A DNA stretch of 64,000 nucleotides from Callorhinchus milii. Its lineage: Eukaryota. This document shows, piece after piece, positions 46,181-61,495 of the stretch. Within the stretch, counting starts at the first letter, position 1, and each line of letters opens with the position of its first letter. The notes below the pieces were generated by a model. It saw only the letters and a list, made by a program, of their open reading frames with translations. It ran no database searches and had not been told where the DNA came from. Both the position numbers and the translations under genes were made by a program. The stretch spans positions 10,850,001 through 10,914,000 of the forward strand of contig NW_024704757.1 in NCBI RefSeq assembly GCF_018977255.1, given 5' to 3'.

Positions 46181-49100
46181 TTAACAACTAAGCGTAGTAG
46201 TATCGTAACTGTAGGCGAAAGGTGGAGATAAATTTGCACACCACGATGCCCCTAAAACAACCATTCAGTGAATAACATTTTTTTCTGGTGGATTCTTGGC
46301 CAGTATAAGGTGGGAACAATTCCCTTCTGTGTTTGAGAAGCTCTTTTAACTGCCCAACTACATATATAGCACCTCAGTTTATCATTGCATCTGAAGGAAG
46401 GCTTCCCCCCAACACTGCAAACTCAACCTAGGCTTTGAGTTTGAAGTCCCAATGTGGGGCTTGAACTCACAACCTTCTGACTATGCTACACATCCTTGTC
46501 CCACATAACTGTACCATTCCTCTTCTTTGAATCCTCTCTGTGTTAAAACCTAACCTCATCTCATTGCTCTCATAGTAACTCATTCATTTTCCAGACTTCA
46601 GGAAAATGGAACTCCTTTCTGGTCTCAGGTTTTTTTTTCCCCTACTACATTGAACAGCTAATTCTTAGTGCTCTGGGATGCTACCCCGCGTGAGGGGTGC
46701 TAAGTAAATGCAAGTTGTTGTTGTAAAACGCTAAGCATGACATCCCCCAACAATTGTTTCCTGATTTCACCCCGTACCTGAGGCCCTTCACCTGGCTCTT
46801 CTCCAAGATTTTGAGGTGACAGGTCAGGAATTCTGCTCCTGGTCACTATTTAGGGACTCTTGACTGAGGGTGTGTAAATGTTGGTTGAGGACAGTATTGT
46901 GTTCAGCTATGAAACTGTGCCCATTTGAATAACCTTCCAACACTTACCCAGAAAAGTAGCCACTAGTGCCTACCCCAGAAAAAGTCAGCACATTCTGGAG
47001 AAGAAAAGCAGAGAGAAAAATGGTAAAATAAATTTACCAAATATCGTTCAATAAAGATAATACCCTTTAATCATACTGTGCATGTATAAATAGTCACTGC
47101 AGGCAGCCAACAGAAATAATTTAGTCTGCAATCTCGCATTGTTGATTTGAGATAACACCACACAGTGAACTGAAACATGCAGTAATTTCCTTACAGCGAG
47201 CACTCTGCTAGTCCCTGTTACAGAGCTGGCCACTGTTACTCTCCACTCTTCATGCCTATTACAGGTCCGCTAAATTACAATGGTGCTGGTTATGAAGCAA
47301 GAGACAGTAATCTGATCAGGCAGAAACCCCGATTAAGGTTTCTGTAGTACGGCAGTGAAGCAGCTAACGTCTGCAGTCAGATTTTCCTTTTTAGGATCAG
47401 CTAGCTACCAACATCAGACCAATGCTGGCTCTGCATTTAGTAGTTGAATAGGAAAGCTGGGATAAACTGTGCATCCCTCATTGCAATACGCAGTGGGAAG
47501 ATTGGAATAAAATGTATTTCCAGGCCTGGACATAAGTCTGGTCTCACTGAAGATTGGCTCTCTTCACATTTTGTTCTACAGCTGAGATGGTTAAAGGGTG
47601 ACCTGATAGAGATGTTCAAGATTATGACCAGTTGTGATAGAGTAAATAATAATAGATTATTTCCACTGGCTGGAGTCAACGATAGGTTAAAAATGTAAAG
47701 TAATCACAAATAGAATTAAAGGTGTATTAAATCAGAGGATAGTTGGAATTTAGAACTCTCTATCACAAACCATTGAAGCAGAATCCATAATTTGTTTCAA
47801 AAAGGAATTGCAGTAAATAGTTGTTTGAAAATGAGGAAAATTAAAAACAATAATAATAATAATGTTTGCATTCGATATAGCACCTTTCCTATCTGAGGAT
47901 GTCTGAAAGCACTTCAGAATTTAACATAAATTGTAGTGACTTTGTATTTTTGTAGACCAACACAGCAGCCAATTTGCGCATATCAATGCCCCACAAACAG
48001 CCATGATATGTATGTGGAGTGAGCAGGAGAGTGGGATTAGACTATGTGTCTCCACATGCCAGCACAGATTTCAAGGGCCAATGGCTCGTTTAGGTGCTGT
48101 TATATGATGAACCCTATGCTTTTGTAAATGGATTAAGTTATGATTAAGTCTAAGATGTGCCTGGAGCATCAGCCTCTGAATTTAAAGTGTAAGTGAGACA
48201 TTCAGTTGCACCTTGGTAGATAACAAGGAAGGGTTTTTATTATTGAAACTAAAGTAAGATTCTCATTTGCTTTGACAAATAAGAATTAATTCAAGCATGT
48301 TCATACACTTATCCTTGCAGGCTCTCTATGTGACAAAAAACAGATAAAATCAATTGCGTATTATGAGGCTTAATGGTCTGACAAAAAGATAATTTATATT
48401 GGTAACTCTAAATGCTAGTGAGTACTATATTGGTCAGACTTTGTGTTATCACCTATTCCTATTATGTTCTTACTCTAGGGACACTAAATCTCAGGGGTGC
48501 CACAGAGCCTATTGGGAAGAGATTGTATAAGTGGAACGTCTACATTAGATTGTCACATATTTACAGAATGCGAGAAGGGATAAGTCGTGAGACGAAAACT
48601 GAATGATTTGGGGGGTGGGGAGTGGTAGGAGGAAATTGGCCAAGTCAAAAGCTGCTGGCATTCCCAATGCAAGTAGCTGTTGATGATAGGACTGGTTATT
48701 ATAAAGTGACACGTCCTTGCTGTAACCTGATCGACCCACAAATGAGTCACCATATTGGCCACAAAGGCAGAATGAATTGGGATGTTTAAAGTCAAGATGG
48801 GTAGATACCTTGGAAGGTAAGAATTAAAGAATATGAAGAAAAGGCCAGGAAATGGAACTAAGAAATCTGCAATGACCTAGTAAAACAGTAGAACAGGGTA
48901 AATTGACATATTGAACCCAACTAATGATAATAAAACTCAGTATTTGGGATTAATAAATTCAATAGGATGCAGTGAGTGGGATGGATCAACATGGCATCAG
49001 TAGGTGTTTGGGATCTGGTTATAAAAAGCTAACCAGGTGCTAATAATGGGAAGGTTTAGCCAGTGAAGTGACCCATTCCACTAATGTGGGCAGACAATAT

Positions 49101-51096
49101 ATGCCTATGCTGGTTGATCAATACACAAATCAGCCAAGTGCAGTATGACATTGGGACCAGCTAGAATGGACTTTAATAGTCTTAACTTGTCCTGGACTTT
49201 TCTATGTGCCTACTATATTGTTGTCTGAGGCTGCCTTTGAGAATGCATTGCTGGAATAATAAACATGTAGCTCACCAGATTGGAATGTATATTTGCTTGG
49301 ACAAGGCCAAGCCAGATGTTGAAACACCTGCATCCAGCGTGGTGGAACACGATTTTTCCCACTAATTGCCGGATTATTTGATCTAAGTGTGTTGAAATTG
49401 GGTGTTCATGCTAAGTAAGCTTATGGCATTATTAGTTCTGCTGGCAGCAGTTAATTGAAAACTATACATTGGTTGCCTGGAGGGACTACATCACGAATCT
49501 GTGAGAGACAATTTCAGCGAACGATATCATAACACTTGCAATCTAACGATTGATAAAAAAACTATCTGCATCTTACAAGTATCTTCTTTCTTAAAAACGA
49601 AGCATTCAGACTCCTTTAAACATGAATACATTTTGAGAGAATTATTATCTGCCATAAACAATGCTCGGCATGTTTTTCCAAAGCGTGTTGTAACGTGATA
49701 TGTAGTGAGTGTCTAGGAGGCACGTTACAGAACTCGTGCATTTGCCTTGGAGGTTCAGCTAAGCCCAAAGGAGAAGCAGTGGTGAGTTTCTCTCCTGCAT
49801 CAAGCCATCTCACAAGTAGGTTGAGCACCTGTATGTTGTGCAGTACAGGAGCCCGAACAATGACACGATGCAGCAACAGCACTGATATATGTAGAGCAAA
49901 TCAGTCATAGTAAAGTAGGACACAGATGAGGGATGTAGGGAAATGTTTCCAGATATAGATTGCTTGGGAAAGCAGGAGGTGAGGGAGGGAGTTACACAGT
50001 GTTTTTTGGTAAAGCAAACACAGAGATGAAACCCTGAAAGGCCAAATCCTTGGGGAAAAGGTGAAAATTGTGCCTAATTTCATTGGAACAGAGAAGAATG
50101 AGGAGATTTCGATAGAGTTAATAGGAAGATGTCCACTGGACAATGAGTAAGTGATCACAAGACATTAATTTAAGGAGTTAGGAAGGTTAGCAATAGGGGA
50201 AATAAGAAGGAGCTTTGATACACAGAGAGTTGTTAGGATGCGGAATGCCCTGTTGGTTGCGGTGGTTAAAGCAGGATCTACGTTAGCTTTCAAGAGGGCA
50301 GTAGATAAATGTAACACTGCCTCCTTGCACTTGTATGCAATGTCCAATATACTAAACATAGAATCTTGTTTGGTTTAAAGTTTAGGGAATTAATGCAAAG
50401 GGATAGCAGATTGCTGCTTGTCACCTTCCTGAGGGCTTGTTTGCCTTTCCCAAAACCAATTGAGGTTAATGTATTAAAACATGTTTTTACTCTGCTGCTG
50501 CTCATGCACAGGGACAGTGGTACTAGCAAGATGGGCAGCTGTGGCAGAGGCTTTGTGTTTCTAATTTTTTAAGAAGCTTCACAATTGAGATTCTGAAACG
50601 CTTTGGGGCATTCATAATGTGGATTTAAACTGGCTGTTCAACTTGGACTGTGAGTTCAGAACTGGAGGTACAGGTTCAATATTAACAAGCATCAAATAAG
50701 ATTAAAATGGAATCGTAAGAATTTCCCTGCTCCCAACTACACACACACACAAACACACGGGCATAGACAAAAAAAATTGTCTCACATGTACCCTCATGCA
50801 CAACCATACATACACACACATTAAGACATAGCAGATACACACATAGCAGCACACGGGAAATGAGGATGTGGACTCCCATTGATGAAGGTTATAAACTGAG
50901 AGGATCAAATACTCCCAGCAAGGCTTTCTATGCTACTCGGAGGAGGGGGAATGTTGGCAGGGGGTTGGCAGCAGAGCAGGCTTCAATAGAGAGGCTGGAT
51001 GAATCTTTAGAATGGTTGATTGGAAATTGGAATATCTATGCAGAGCTTTCATCAGGAGATTGTGCCGTGTGTGGATGAAATTTGTCTCATTGAAGT

Positions 51097-51447
51097 TGTT
51101 GTTATAATAATAGTAATCCTTGCACTTGATATAACGCCTTATCACATCTTCTAGACGTCTCAAAGCGCTTACCACAATATACTGTAAAATGAATTGACTA
51201 TATTTTGTGGGTGAAGCGCAGCAGCCAATTGCTCACAGAAGTGTCCCACAAATAGTCATGGATTGAGTGACCAAATTATTATTAATTTTTTTGAAGGGGT
51301 TATTACCCCTGGAAAAGAGATCCGCCAATCGGCTAACAAACAGGTTCCTATTTACTGCTAGGTCAACAGAGGCATGTGGAGTAAGGAAACTTGCCTAATA
51401 TTTCCCCCACCCAGGAATCAAACCTAGGTCCTTTCACTTGCGAGGCA
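51097..51447 (-). mobile_element. tRNA-derived Deu-type SINE with its head truncated by the adjacent L2
   Basis: Same body as 7279-7640 and 18978-19347. Confidence 0.8.
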
Positions 51448-51955
51448 AGCAACAACAACAATAAAATTTATAGAGCGCCTTTCACGTCGGGAGGACGTCC
51501 CAAAGCGCTGAACAATCAGGTGTTGGGGTCCGAGCATGGGGAAGGGGTGGTGTAGGGGTGAGGGAAGACAAAGAGGTGGGAGGGCGACTAAAGGCATGAT
51601 CGAAAAAAAGGGTTTTGAGACCGGCCTTGAAGGAGGCAAGGGAGGAAGTGAGGCGAAGGGACCATGGGATGGAGTTTCAGCAGCCTGAGGGGTGAGGCAG
51701 TGGCGGAGTATGGCAATGTTGCGGAGTTGGTGATAGGCAGTGCTGGTCATGGCACGGATGTGGGGGAGAAATGACGGTTCAGGGTCAAACAAGACACCCA
51801 GGTTCCTGACTGGCTTAGTGAGGTTGAGTCTGCAGCCGTGGAGGCTGATGCTGCCAGCGCCTAAGATGTGGAGGCGCTGGCGTGAGCCAATCAGGAGGAC
51901 CTTGGTCTTGCTGACGTTGAGTTGGAGAAAGTTGCCTCATCCAGGACTTGATGTC
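51448..51955 (-). mobile_element. L2 LINE 3' fragment with an internal deletion
   Basis: Minus frame reads FDPEPSFLPHIRAMTSTAYHQLRNIAILRHCLTPQAAET, with a gggacgtcctcccgacgtgaaaggcgc tail. Confidence 0.82.
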
Positions 51956-52039
51956 AAATTTTGCACTCTTCATTGCCAAAAATAACTAACACCAGGAGAT
52001 ACATCTGAATAGCAGGTTACTTTGCTTTGCTGGTTACAA

Positions 52040-52365
52040 AGGGACATAAGAAATTCTAGTCAAAAAAAGACTACGGTCCATTCCATTCCACCGTCTTGGC
52101 AGTCACATGCACATGTCATATCCTGAACTACTCATATACTGTATCCCAAAATATTATTTCCTAAAAGAAATCTATCTAATTTGCATTTGAAAGAATCAAC
52201 ACTTTCTGCTTCCACCATCTCACTAGAGAGCCTGTTCCATAGATTTATCAGTCCCTCACTGAAATAGTGTTTCAGCAGATTTGTTTTGAATTTAGCCCAT
52301 TTCAATCGCAGGCCATGTACTCTTGTTCTACTGTTCTTGACAAGATGAATTATTGTCATTATCTG
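52040..52365 (-). mobile_element. CR1 LINE 3' fragment
   Basis: SRTRVHGLRLKWAKFKTNLLKHYFSEGLINLWNRLSSEMVEAESVDSFKCKLDRFL. Confidence 0.8.
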
Positions 52366-53759
52366 GTTCTGCGCCCTTCATTTGGGTAAGAGAGAGGAAA
52401 CATACATTTTTAATGAGTGAGGGGCTCTGGTGACATTTTCACTCTGTCGCTGTGATGCACTTTGAGACATTACCCTACATAAGAGGTGCTATATCATTGT
52501 AAATTGAAAATGTTGTTGATATCACTTTTCTTGGTTCTGATCATGCTGGCTCAGACCTTTCTCATTGGGAAACAATAAGAGGTTGAACTTTGTTACAGTT
52601 CTGCCAAATTTGTGCTGCGAAAACGGCATTTTTCATTACATATTATCTACAGAGGCAGACTTATCTCAGGAAGCAACGTATAATGTAAAAGTAGTATTCT
52701 GCGTGAATCTCAATTATTGCAGACATGCTGAGTGAGCGAGTGGTACAGAGATGCTCACTATTGCAGCATGCTGGAGTCCAGATACGATGAAGTGAGTCCC
52801 CTGCTGTCTTTAAACTCTTGCACTGTGAAAATATATCCATCCCTTAGTTTAATCGTGCCTTAATTTCGAAGAAGTCTGTATCGTGTTACAGGACACGATG
52901 TGAAATGGAGACTTGGGCTAATTGTAGTGCTTGCTATTGACGTAATGAGTAAACTGAAATAGGAGAATGATCCATTTCTGGTTATGTATGTATAGAGTAC
53001 TGAAAGTGCCACAGCACCAGAGAATATTCAACAGATCTCTTTCCAAAACCAGCAGCAGTCAGGTCACAGCCTGTGTGGAGACCAGCCTCTGATGCAAATA
53101 TGGATTTTGTAAATATTCCTCCACCCAAGCTGCAAGCATGATGTGGTCTGAGGATTAGGAGCTGTAGCTTCTTTTATTCAGGGTAGACACACTGACTGTG
53201 ATCATTTATAGGCATGGGTAGAAATTCCACCTGATCTAGATTTACTCTGTTTACACTGTTAATGAGCCATTTCGAAGCATACAGAATTTGGCAAATTCTT
53301 AAATACAACTTTCATTTTGAAGACAGTTTTCTGTGCGCTTCTTTTTAGAACTACAGAAAAACTGCTTCAAAGTCGAGACTAGATTCAACAATTTGCCAAA
53401 CTCTGGAAACCCTGCAATGCTGTGTTAATAAAAAAAATCTAGACTGAAGTGAAATTTTACCCCATACTGTGATATGGTGTTCAGACTTGTGGGGAGTTCC
53501 AGGTTCTGAAACAGAGTTAATGTGAGAGGTTGTAGAAACCCTGATAGAAAAGTCAGAATTCCCCCAAAATCCACACTTTTCAACCACAACTTCTCATAAA
53601 TGAAGAAATTCCTTCTAAACTCCCTATTAGATGTACGACTGCTCTCTAGAGCAAATATCTTATGTATTATATTATCAAACCTCCTTTGAGTCCAAATTAT
53701 TTATATACATGGTGAACAGTAAAAGTCCTTGTAAGAATTCCTGTGGATCACCATTTAAC

Positions 53760-54245
53760 ATAACATGTAGGAGCAGGAATAGGCCATTCGGCCCTTCGAG
53801 CCTGCCCCGCCATTCAATCATGGCTGATCTTCTAATCTAACTCCAGCTAATAACATAACCCTGTTTTATCCCCATATCCCTTAATCCCTTTTGCAATAAG
53901 AAATCTATCTATCTCAGTCTTGAATATGTTCAAGGACTGAGCGTCAACAGCCCTTTGGGGTAGTGAGTTCCATACATTCACCACCCTTTGAGTGAAGAAG
54001 TTCTTCCTCAACTCAGTGCGAAAGGGCTGGCCTCTGATTTTAAGGTTGTGACCCCTGGTTTTAGTTTCTCCAACCACGGGAAACAATCTCCGACTATCTA
54101 CTCTATCATGCCCTTTGATGATCATATAGGTTTCTATAAGATCCCCTCTAATTTTTCTATATTCTAGAGAATATAGGCCCAAATTGGTCAGCCTATCCTC
54201 ATAACTCATCGCCTTCATCCCTGGTACTAACCTAGTAAATCTACA
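53760..54245 (-). mobile_element. CR1 LINE 3' fragment (ORF2 C-terminus plus tail)
   Basis: ORF 53847-54218 reads MSYEDRLTNLGLYSLEYRKIRGDLIETY...TRGHNLKI...FFTQRVVNVWNSLP...FKTEIDRFL. Confidence 0.9.
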
Positions 54246-54984
54246 CTTCCTACTTCTTGCCAGTTTAAGGGACTTCCCTTTACTGTTACTCTTAGTTTTC
54301 TATTTTCCAGCCATCTCTATCCATTCTCATACCTCTTCCTTCACATTCCATTGACATTTATTCCTTCAGTTTCTTGATAATCAGCATCATAGTTTTATTT
54401 GCATCATGTAAATTGCCTGAAACAAACACTGAGTCATCTGCAATGTTCCCATTGAAATCCAGGAACAGAAAGATATTTGGGGATTCAGAGAATAAATGTT
54501 ATGAAGTCGAAAATTTAAAACCACAAAATGTGCTGTTTTTCTGAGATTTTCCCGCATTCTAAACTGGCTTTACATGTGCCATCATCTGCGCACTGAGAAC
54601 GACACTTGAATGCTGGGGCTGAGACTTATGTAAAGCACAGAGCATCTGATGCAGAACACACAGTACCTTGCTGTCTCTAGTTTTTTACACTTTTAATCCT
54701 TTCCTTAATCTCCATCTTTTCTGCCCTGTTTCAATTTAGTAATTTCCCAGTGTTTCACTGTGTGTGAGTATGTCCTGGTCAAATTCCTCCTTTATCCCAA
54801 TTCACCCCCCAAATACTCTTCTTATTGTTTGTGGGACATTGCTAGTGCAGATTGGCTGCCGCTTTTGCCTATGAAACAGTCACTACATTTTAAAGTGACG
54901 CTTAAGTGCCTTGAGATATTTTGATGTAAAAGGGACTATATTAAATGTTAGTATGGTAAGGAGGAGCCTCAGAGGCCCCACCAG

Positions 54985-55695
54985 AGCCTTCCTGCTCAGT
55001 GAATTAAAGAAGTATTATTTTTAAGGAACAATATTTGACAAATCTCTTTCAGTTTGGGAGACGGCAAAATGCACCAGTGTTTCTGTGTTGTGAAAGAGAT
55101 CTGGACATTCCTCTTGGCAAGGCTCCCTGTGTTTGTGAATGAAGATGGGTCACCTTTAAAACATTCACAATCCCTCCCTTATGAAAATAGAGCCACAGAA
55201 TAGCAGAAGGTTGAAATGATCCGTTCAACAGCCTGAGGGGAAGGAGGGCCCCACTGTTATGTTTGTTCTGTTTCTGCAGTAACTATCAGTTGCTCTTCTG
55301 AAGAGTGCTCTTCTGAACTTAGGGTTAAACTACATCATTGAGAAAATGTAGAGGGAGTATCTGGGGGGATACTAGAACCTTGCTGCTCAATGAATGAAAG
55401 AAGTTTTGTTTTTAAGGAATAATATTTGACAAACATCTTTCAGTTTGGGAGACAGACAGCAAGATGCACAAGTGTCAGTGTGTTGCTGAGACACACAGAG
55501 ATCTGGACATCCCTCTTGGCAAGGCTTCCTGTATTTGCGAATGAAGTCAGTTCACCTTTAAAACTATTCACATTCCCTCCCTTCGAGGAATTGTGAATAG
55601 CTTTAAAGGTGAATAGTTAAAGGTTTTAAATCCCTCCCTGGAACTCTTCTGAACATGGGGTTAAGCCACATCATTAAGAAAATGTAGAGGGAGCT
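54985..55695. repeat. Diverged local tandem duplication (~390-bp unit, two copies)
   Basis: ctgctca..tgaa..aaagaag...aatatttgacaaa...cagtttgggagac...gagatctggacat.cctcttggcaaggct and ctcttctgaac...aaaatgtagagggag each occur twice. Confidence 0.85.
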
Positions 55696-56366
55696 TTACT
55701 CCGTATCCAAACCCATGCTGCACCTGTCTTGGGAGTGTTAGAGGTGGCAGGGTAGAGAAAGCTATCTCTGTGGAACACTTGAATATTGAAACCATTTTTG
55801 CATCACAGCCTTGTGCACTTTCTCTGTGTGTTACAGAATTGATCAGATGTTATCAGCTTGATATTTTCTAACAATGGAATCTAGTTATTGTGGATTGGTA
55901 TAAATCCATGTGAGACTAACCACAATTTGTAACTGTTGTATTAATAAACTGACCCACATTCATGTTAGCTGGAGTTATTTTGTTATCCTGCAAGTAAATT
56001 AAGAAAATAAAACCACATAACCTTTCATTGGACTTGTTATTTAATCCATTGTGATTATGTTGAGTGGGAGCATATGAAATGTGTGGGGAGCATGAGAAAA
56101 AATGTGCGACTGATTAACGAATGCAGGAGTTGTGCTTCAGTGAGCTGGAACACAATGGTTCAGTGCATGAATTGTTTAAAAGGGAAAGGGAAATTGTGGG
56201 CACAAGAATTGGATGTGGATATTATCAATGCAGCCAATAAACTAATAAACACAATTCTTGAACCAATAAAGCAGTGGCGTCTCTGGTATATCAAGCCCCC
56301 GAATGTGTGGAATACAGTGATAATGAAAAATTAAAACAGAATGATGTAGGTACCTTGAGATACATG

Positions 56367-56488
56367 GAGATCACTTAAGAACTCAAGATATGGAAATACA
56401 GTCACTCCGTATCTTGAGATCTTAAGTATGTGATTAAAGAGATGCCATAATGGCAAGACAGAAGGCTGGGTATCCTGGAAAGATGAGG
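56367..56488. repeat. 122-bp direct repeat, copy 1 (contains a 22-bp-stem hairpin)
   Basis: Near-identical to 57261-57382. Confidence 0.9.
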
Positions 56489-57260
56489 CGAAATAGGCCT
56501 GAGGAGCTTTTTTATTTATCTAAGTATCTTTTCAGATCTCAGATCTGATTCCCTTATTGGTGCATGAAAGTAGGAAACGTTCTGTGCAAGGATAGTAATT
56601 TGTTGTTGGGGTTTCCAGCCCAAGTGCTCCAGATTGATGCACGTTGTAAAATGGAACGCATTGTCCTTTGGAATTGCATGTAATAGGATTGAAACATTCC
56701 AATATTGTGGTGCACATCCATTCTGCAATGCATTGACGGATGACCCACCTTTAGAGCTGTTGACTGATGCAGAACAAGAATGTAGGATTTCCACATCGGA
56801 GGAACTGACTGAGCAAGTTTGTTGCAGGGGGGATGGCCTATAGTACAGTGTGGGCTTTACCTGTACTTACTCCCTTCCTGGACTGGTGCCAGCAGCTAGG
56901 CAGGACCTTTTAGGTGAGACAGGAAATGCAGTGAGGTCTATCCAGGTAACTGCTAGTGACAAGATGCTATCAGTGTAAGCACAAATCGAGGCTGGCCTGA
57001 TTTAATAAGTAGCTTGATGCTGGAATGGAAGGACAGTAAGGTGAGTATTCTAGAATGATTATATCAAATAGGCTGAAGAGCCTTCTTCTTTGAACTGATC
57101 TTGTGATCACGTGAGAATAACCGAGAACGTATTTCATAGAAAATGATTCCCACTGGGTGCGTGTACACACAGAGAAAGTAGTTCCTGCTGGGAATAACTG
57201 GGAACATTTCTCACAGAGAATGGGTGGCACTGTCAGCATATTTCACAGAGTGATTTCACA

Positions 57261-57382
57261 GAGATTACTTAAGAACTCAAGATATGGAAATACAGTCACT
57301 CCGTATCTTGAGATCTTAACTATGTGATTAAAGAGATGCCATAATGGCAAGACAGAAGGCTGGGCATTCTGGAAAGATGAGG
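57261..57382. repeat. 122-bp direct repeat, copy 2
   Basis: Near-identical to 56367-56488, about 4 substitutions. Confidence 0.9.
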
Positions 57383-57894
57383 AATAATGGGGAGAATGTT
57401 TCAGAGAGGCAGTGTGAGGGAAGGATTATTAGGCATGGGAGGCATTATCACGATTGTCGATTAAAAATAGTCAAAAGGGAAGTAAATTAAAAGGGAATTG
57501 GTAGAACACAAGCACGAGAATCTATGCTGAAACTTCCATTATATTGCAGATCAGCTGCCTCACTGGGCTTGATAATCCCCATTGCTCAGAAACCATCAGT
57601 ACAGATCCTCAGCCTTGGTCCTAACCAAAGATTCACCAAGCTCTTTATATGTGTACGTGTGTGTTGGGTGTGGGGTGTGGGGGAAGGGAAAGAAATTCTG
57701 ATCTCAAATCTTACTAGAAGGAGACGAGTGGGAGGTTGCAGGTCTGGGAGACGAGATGCAGGAGAGTGTGTGACTGGGTGGTGGGCTGTGTGACTGGGTG
57801 ATGGGATGTCCTACCGATGTTAAAGGTGCTATAAAATGTATTTTTTCTTTGTTGTTTGTTTGGTAGCCTATGGTAGGAGGTTTCAGGTTGCTGA

Positions 57895-58080
<186 letters not shown>

Positions 58081-59028
58081 TGAACCTTGGTGGTGAGAAG
58101 TGTCCTGGCACAAACCTTGCTTGCTGGATGGGCGATTACCCGGCGTGCTCCAGCATTGCTGGACATTTAATACTGGTGTGTGTTTCACCAGCTCTGCCCG
58201 TTGTGTATGGAAGCTTTGGGGAAGTAAACACTGCTTATTTAAGTTGATGTGACAAGTGTATAAATATTTTACCAGTTGACCTTGGTAAAGGGTCAAGCGT
58301 CACAGTGAAGGGTGATTACCAAGCCGTAAGTAGTTGGTGAGGAAAGGAGATCAATCCTGGTGAGCACCCCAACCCCCACTCCCCACACACACATACTCAA
58401 ACACACACACATATGCGCCAGGCTGTCTTTATGCTGGCCCTGATTCTCATCAGTTTGATTTTTACAGAGAAGCTTTGATACCATGTTATCAATGTAACTC
58501 CAGTGCTTCTGAATTTGGAACTGTGTGAATGGAACAATCTGGTGAGGCGTGTCTTGCAGTGTTCCTCTCCTAAGCCTACTAATGCTCTTCCAGGCGGTGC
58601 CTGGAGTCTATTGTGTTCCTCAGCTCTTCGTTCCAGGCTATGAGAATGCAGAGCCTCAGGACAGACACACAGTCCATTGTTACTATGGCACTTGAAGCCT
58701 GAGCTGCCCGTCGTTACTCGTGTGAGACCCTGACCAATGATTTTCCATCCACTCCATCTTTTCTTCCTCCCCAGCCCAGTAATGTTGACACTCATAGAAC
58801 CTTTCTCACCCCCAGGTTCCACGCTAAACCATGCCAACCCCATGCCACCTCCACCCCACCCGATGCCCATGTGCCATTCCTATAGAGAGGCTCAGGTTTG
58901 ATGAAAAGACCAGCTCGGGTCTGAAATACTGCACACTGTCCAGCGCCTTGGGATGTCCTCCCGATGTGAAAGACGCTATACAAATGTAATCTTGTTGTTG
59001 TTGTTGTATACCTATTTCACTAAGCTGA

Positions 59029-59202
<174 letters not shown>

Positions 59203-59205
59203 TAA

Positions 59206-59499
<294 letters not shown>

Positions 59500-59966
59500 T
59501 AGATTTAATATAGCGCCATCCAGATTGGGAAGACTTCTCAAAGCACTTTACAGGATATACTGTAAGGTTTAGTGACCATGTATTTTGTAGGTGAATGTGG
59601 CAGCCAATTTGCACACAGCTATGTCCCAACAAACCAATATGGGGGTTTGTAGCCAGGCACTGGGAGGGACTCTCTCTTTTCGAATAGTGCCATGCCACCT
59701 GAACAGGCAGAAGGATAGCACCTCCAATAATGCAGCACATTCCCTTCTAAAAAAAACTACCTCTTCAACTCAGCTTTGAGTTATTTCCCTCCTATTCTCT
59801 ATTTCCAACCTTGTTGAGGTTTCACATTGCCCTGTGATTTTGAGATGTTATCCTACCTGTTAGACTCAACTAAATTTTTCATTTTCTGCCTATGTGCTTT
59901 CCCAGCATTTTAACTTGTTCCTTTGTATTTCATCATGCTTAATGTGTGTGTTAATCACTGCCCTAG

Positions 59967-60122
<156 letters not shown>

Positions 60123-61123
60123 TAGTCATTGCTGAGGCACCTGAAGTCCTCATTGTTATACAGAGCAGCTCACGTACAGAAATAATTCCTTGTTTATCTA
60201 TGAATTTGTACATAATAATCACAGATAAACAACAGTGCTTCGGCTTAGTTTCATAGTACCTTCTCCTCATGTTCAGTAGAATCTGTATGTTCCTCCTCTT
60301 CACTATTCTATCATGCTTCAGATTCTCCCAACAGTACAATTGAACTGTAGAGTACTCCAAGCCTCTCCCCTCTCCCCAACCCAGTCTAGATCTGCACCAC
60401 ACACCAACTCATTCCTCTCTAGAAACCAGTCATCGTACTGCTTGCTGGGGGGGGTTGTTCTCTGGATAGCAATAAGCAGTAGCAGGCCTGATTTCCCTTC
60501 TCAATCCTAGGGACACTGAGACCAATTGTAGCCCAATTGCTGCCCTAGCTGAGGTCATGTAATAGCATGGACTGAGACGTAAACCTGGCATGGTCTGTGT
60601 TTGTGGTTCAACTATTTACTAGATAAACTTGTTGAGCTTTTGGAGAGAGCTTTTGTATTTTTTGTTCTGCAGTTTTCATGTGAGTCACATCTTTAAGGTT
60701 AGTACTTCCTTATCCCCTTCCTCCCCTTCACAACCACTTGCTTTCCTGTATGAGTTCCTACCCTGTGGTGGTGGTGGATGGGTGGAGGAAGGGAGGTGGC
60801 ATGGTTATCAATGCTGTGCCAAAAGATACAGGATGCCCTTCACCCCTCCTTATCTAACCCCCCAGCTTGGATACAAATCCTTGACTGTCCAGCGCCTTGG
60901 GACTTCTTCCCGATGTGAAGGACAAATGTAGTTTGTTCTTGTTGTTTCATGGAGGTGTCTAATTCCTCTTAGTACTTTGGTCCCTCCCACAGGCTCCTTC
61001 CTCTGGCCTCACCAAGGCAGCTTTTTTACAGTTACTTTTTCTTCTACAGTTCATTACCTTTGTTGTTAATGTTCATTGTCTTTGGCCACATTCTCATAGG
61101 ATCAAAAGTGAGCAGGCAGTTAG

Positions 61124-61495
<372 letters not shown>

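Noticed and set aside
53847-54218. 123-aa ORF as a host gene
   Set aside because: It is the C-terminus of CR1 LINE ORF2.
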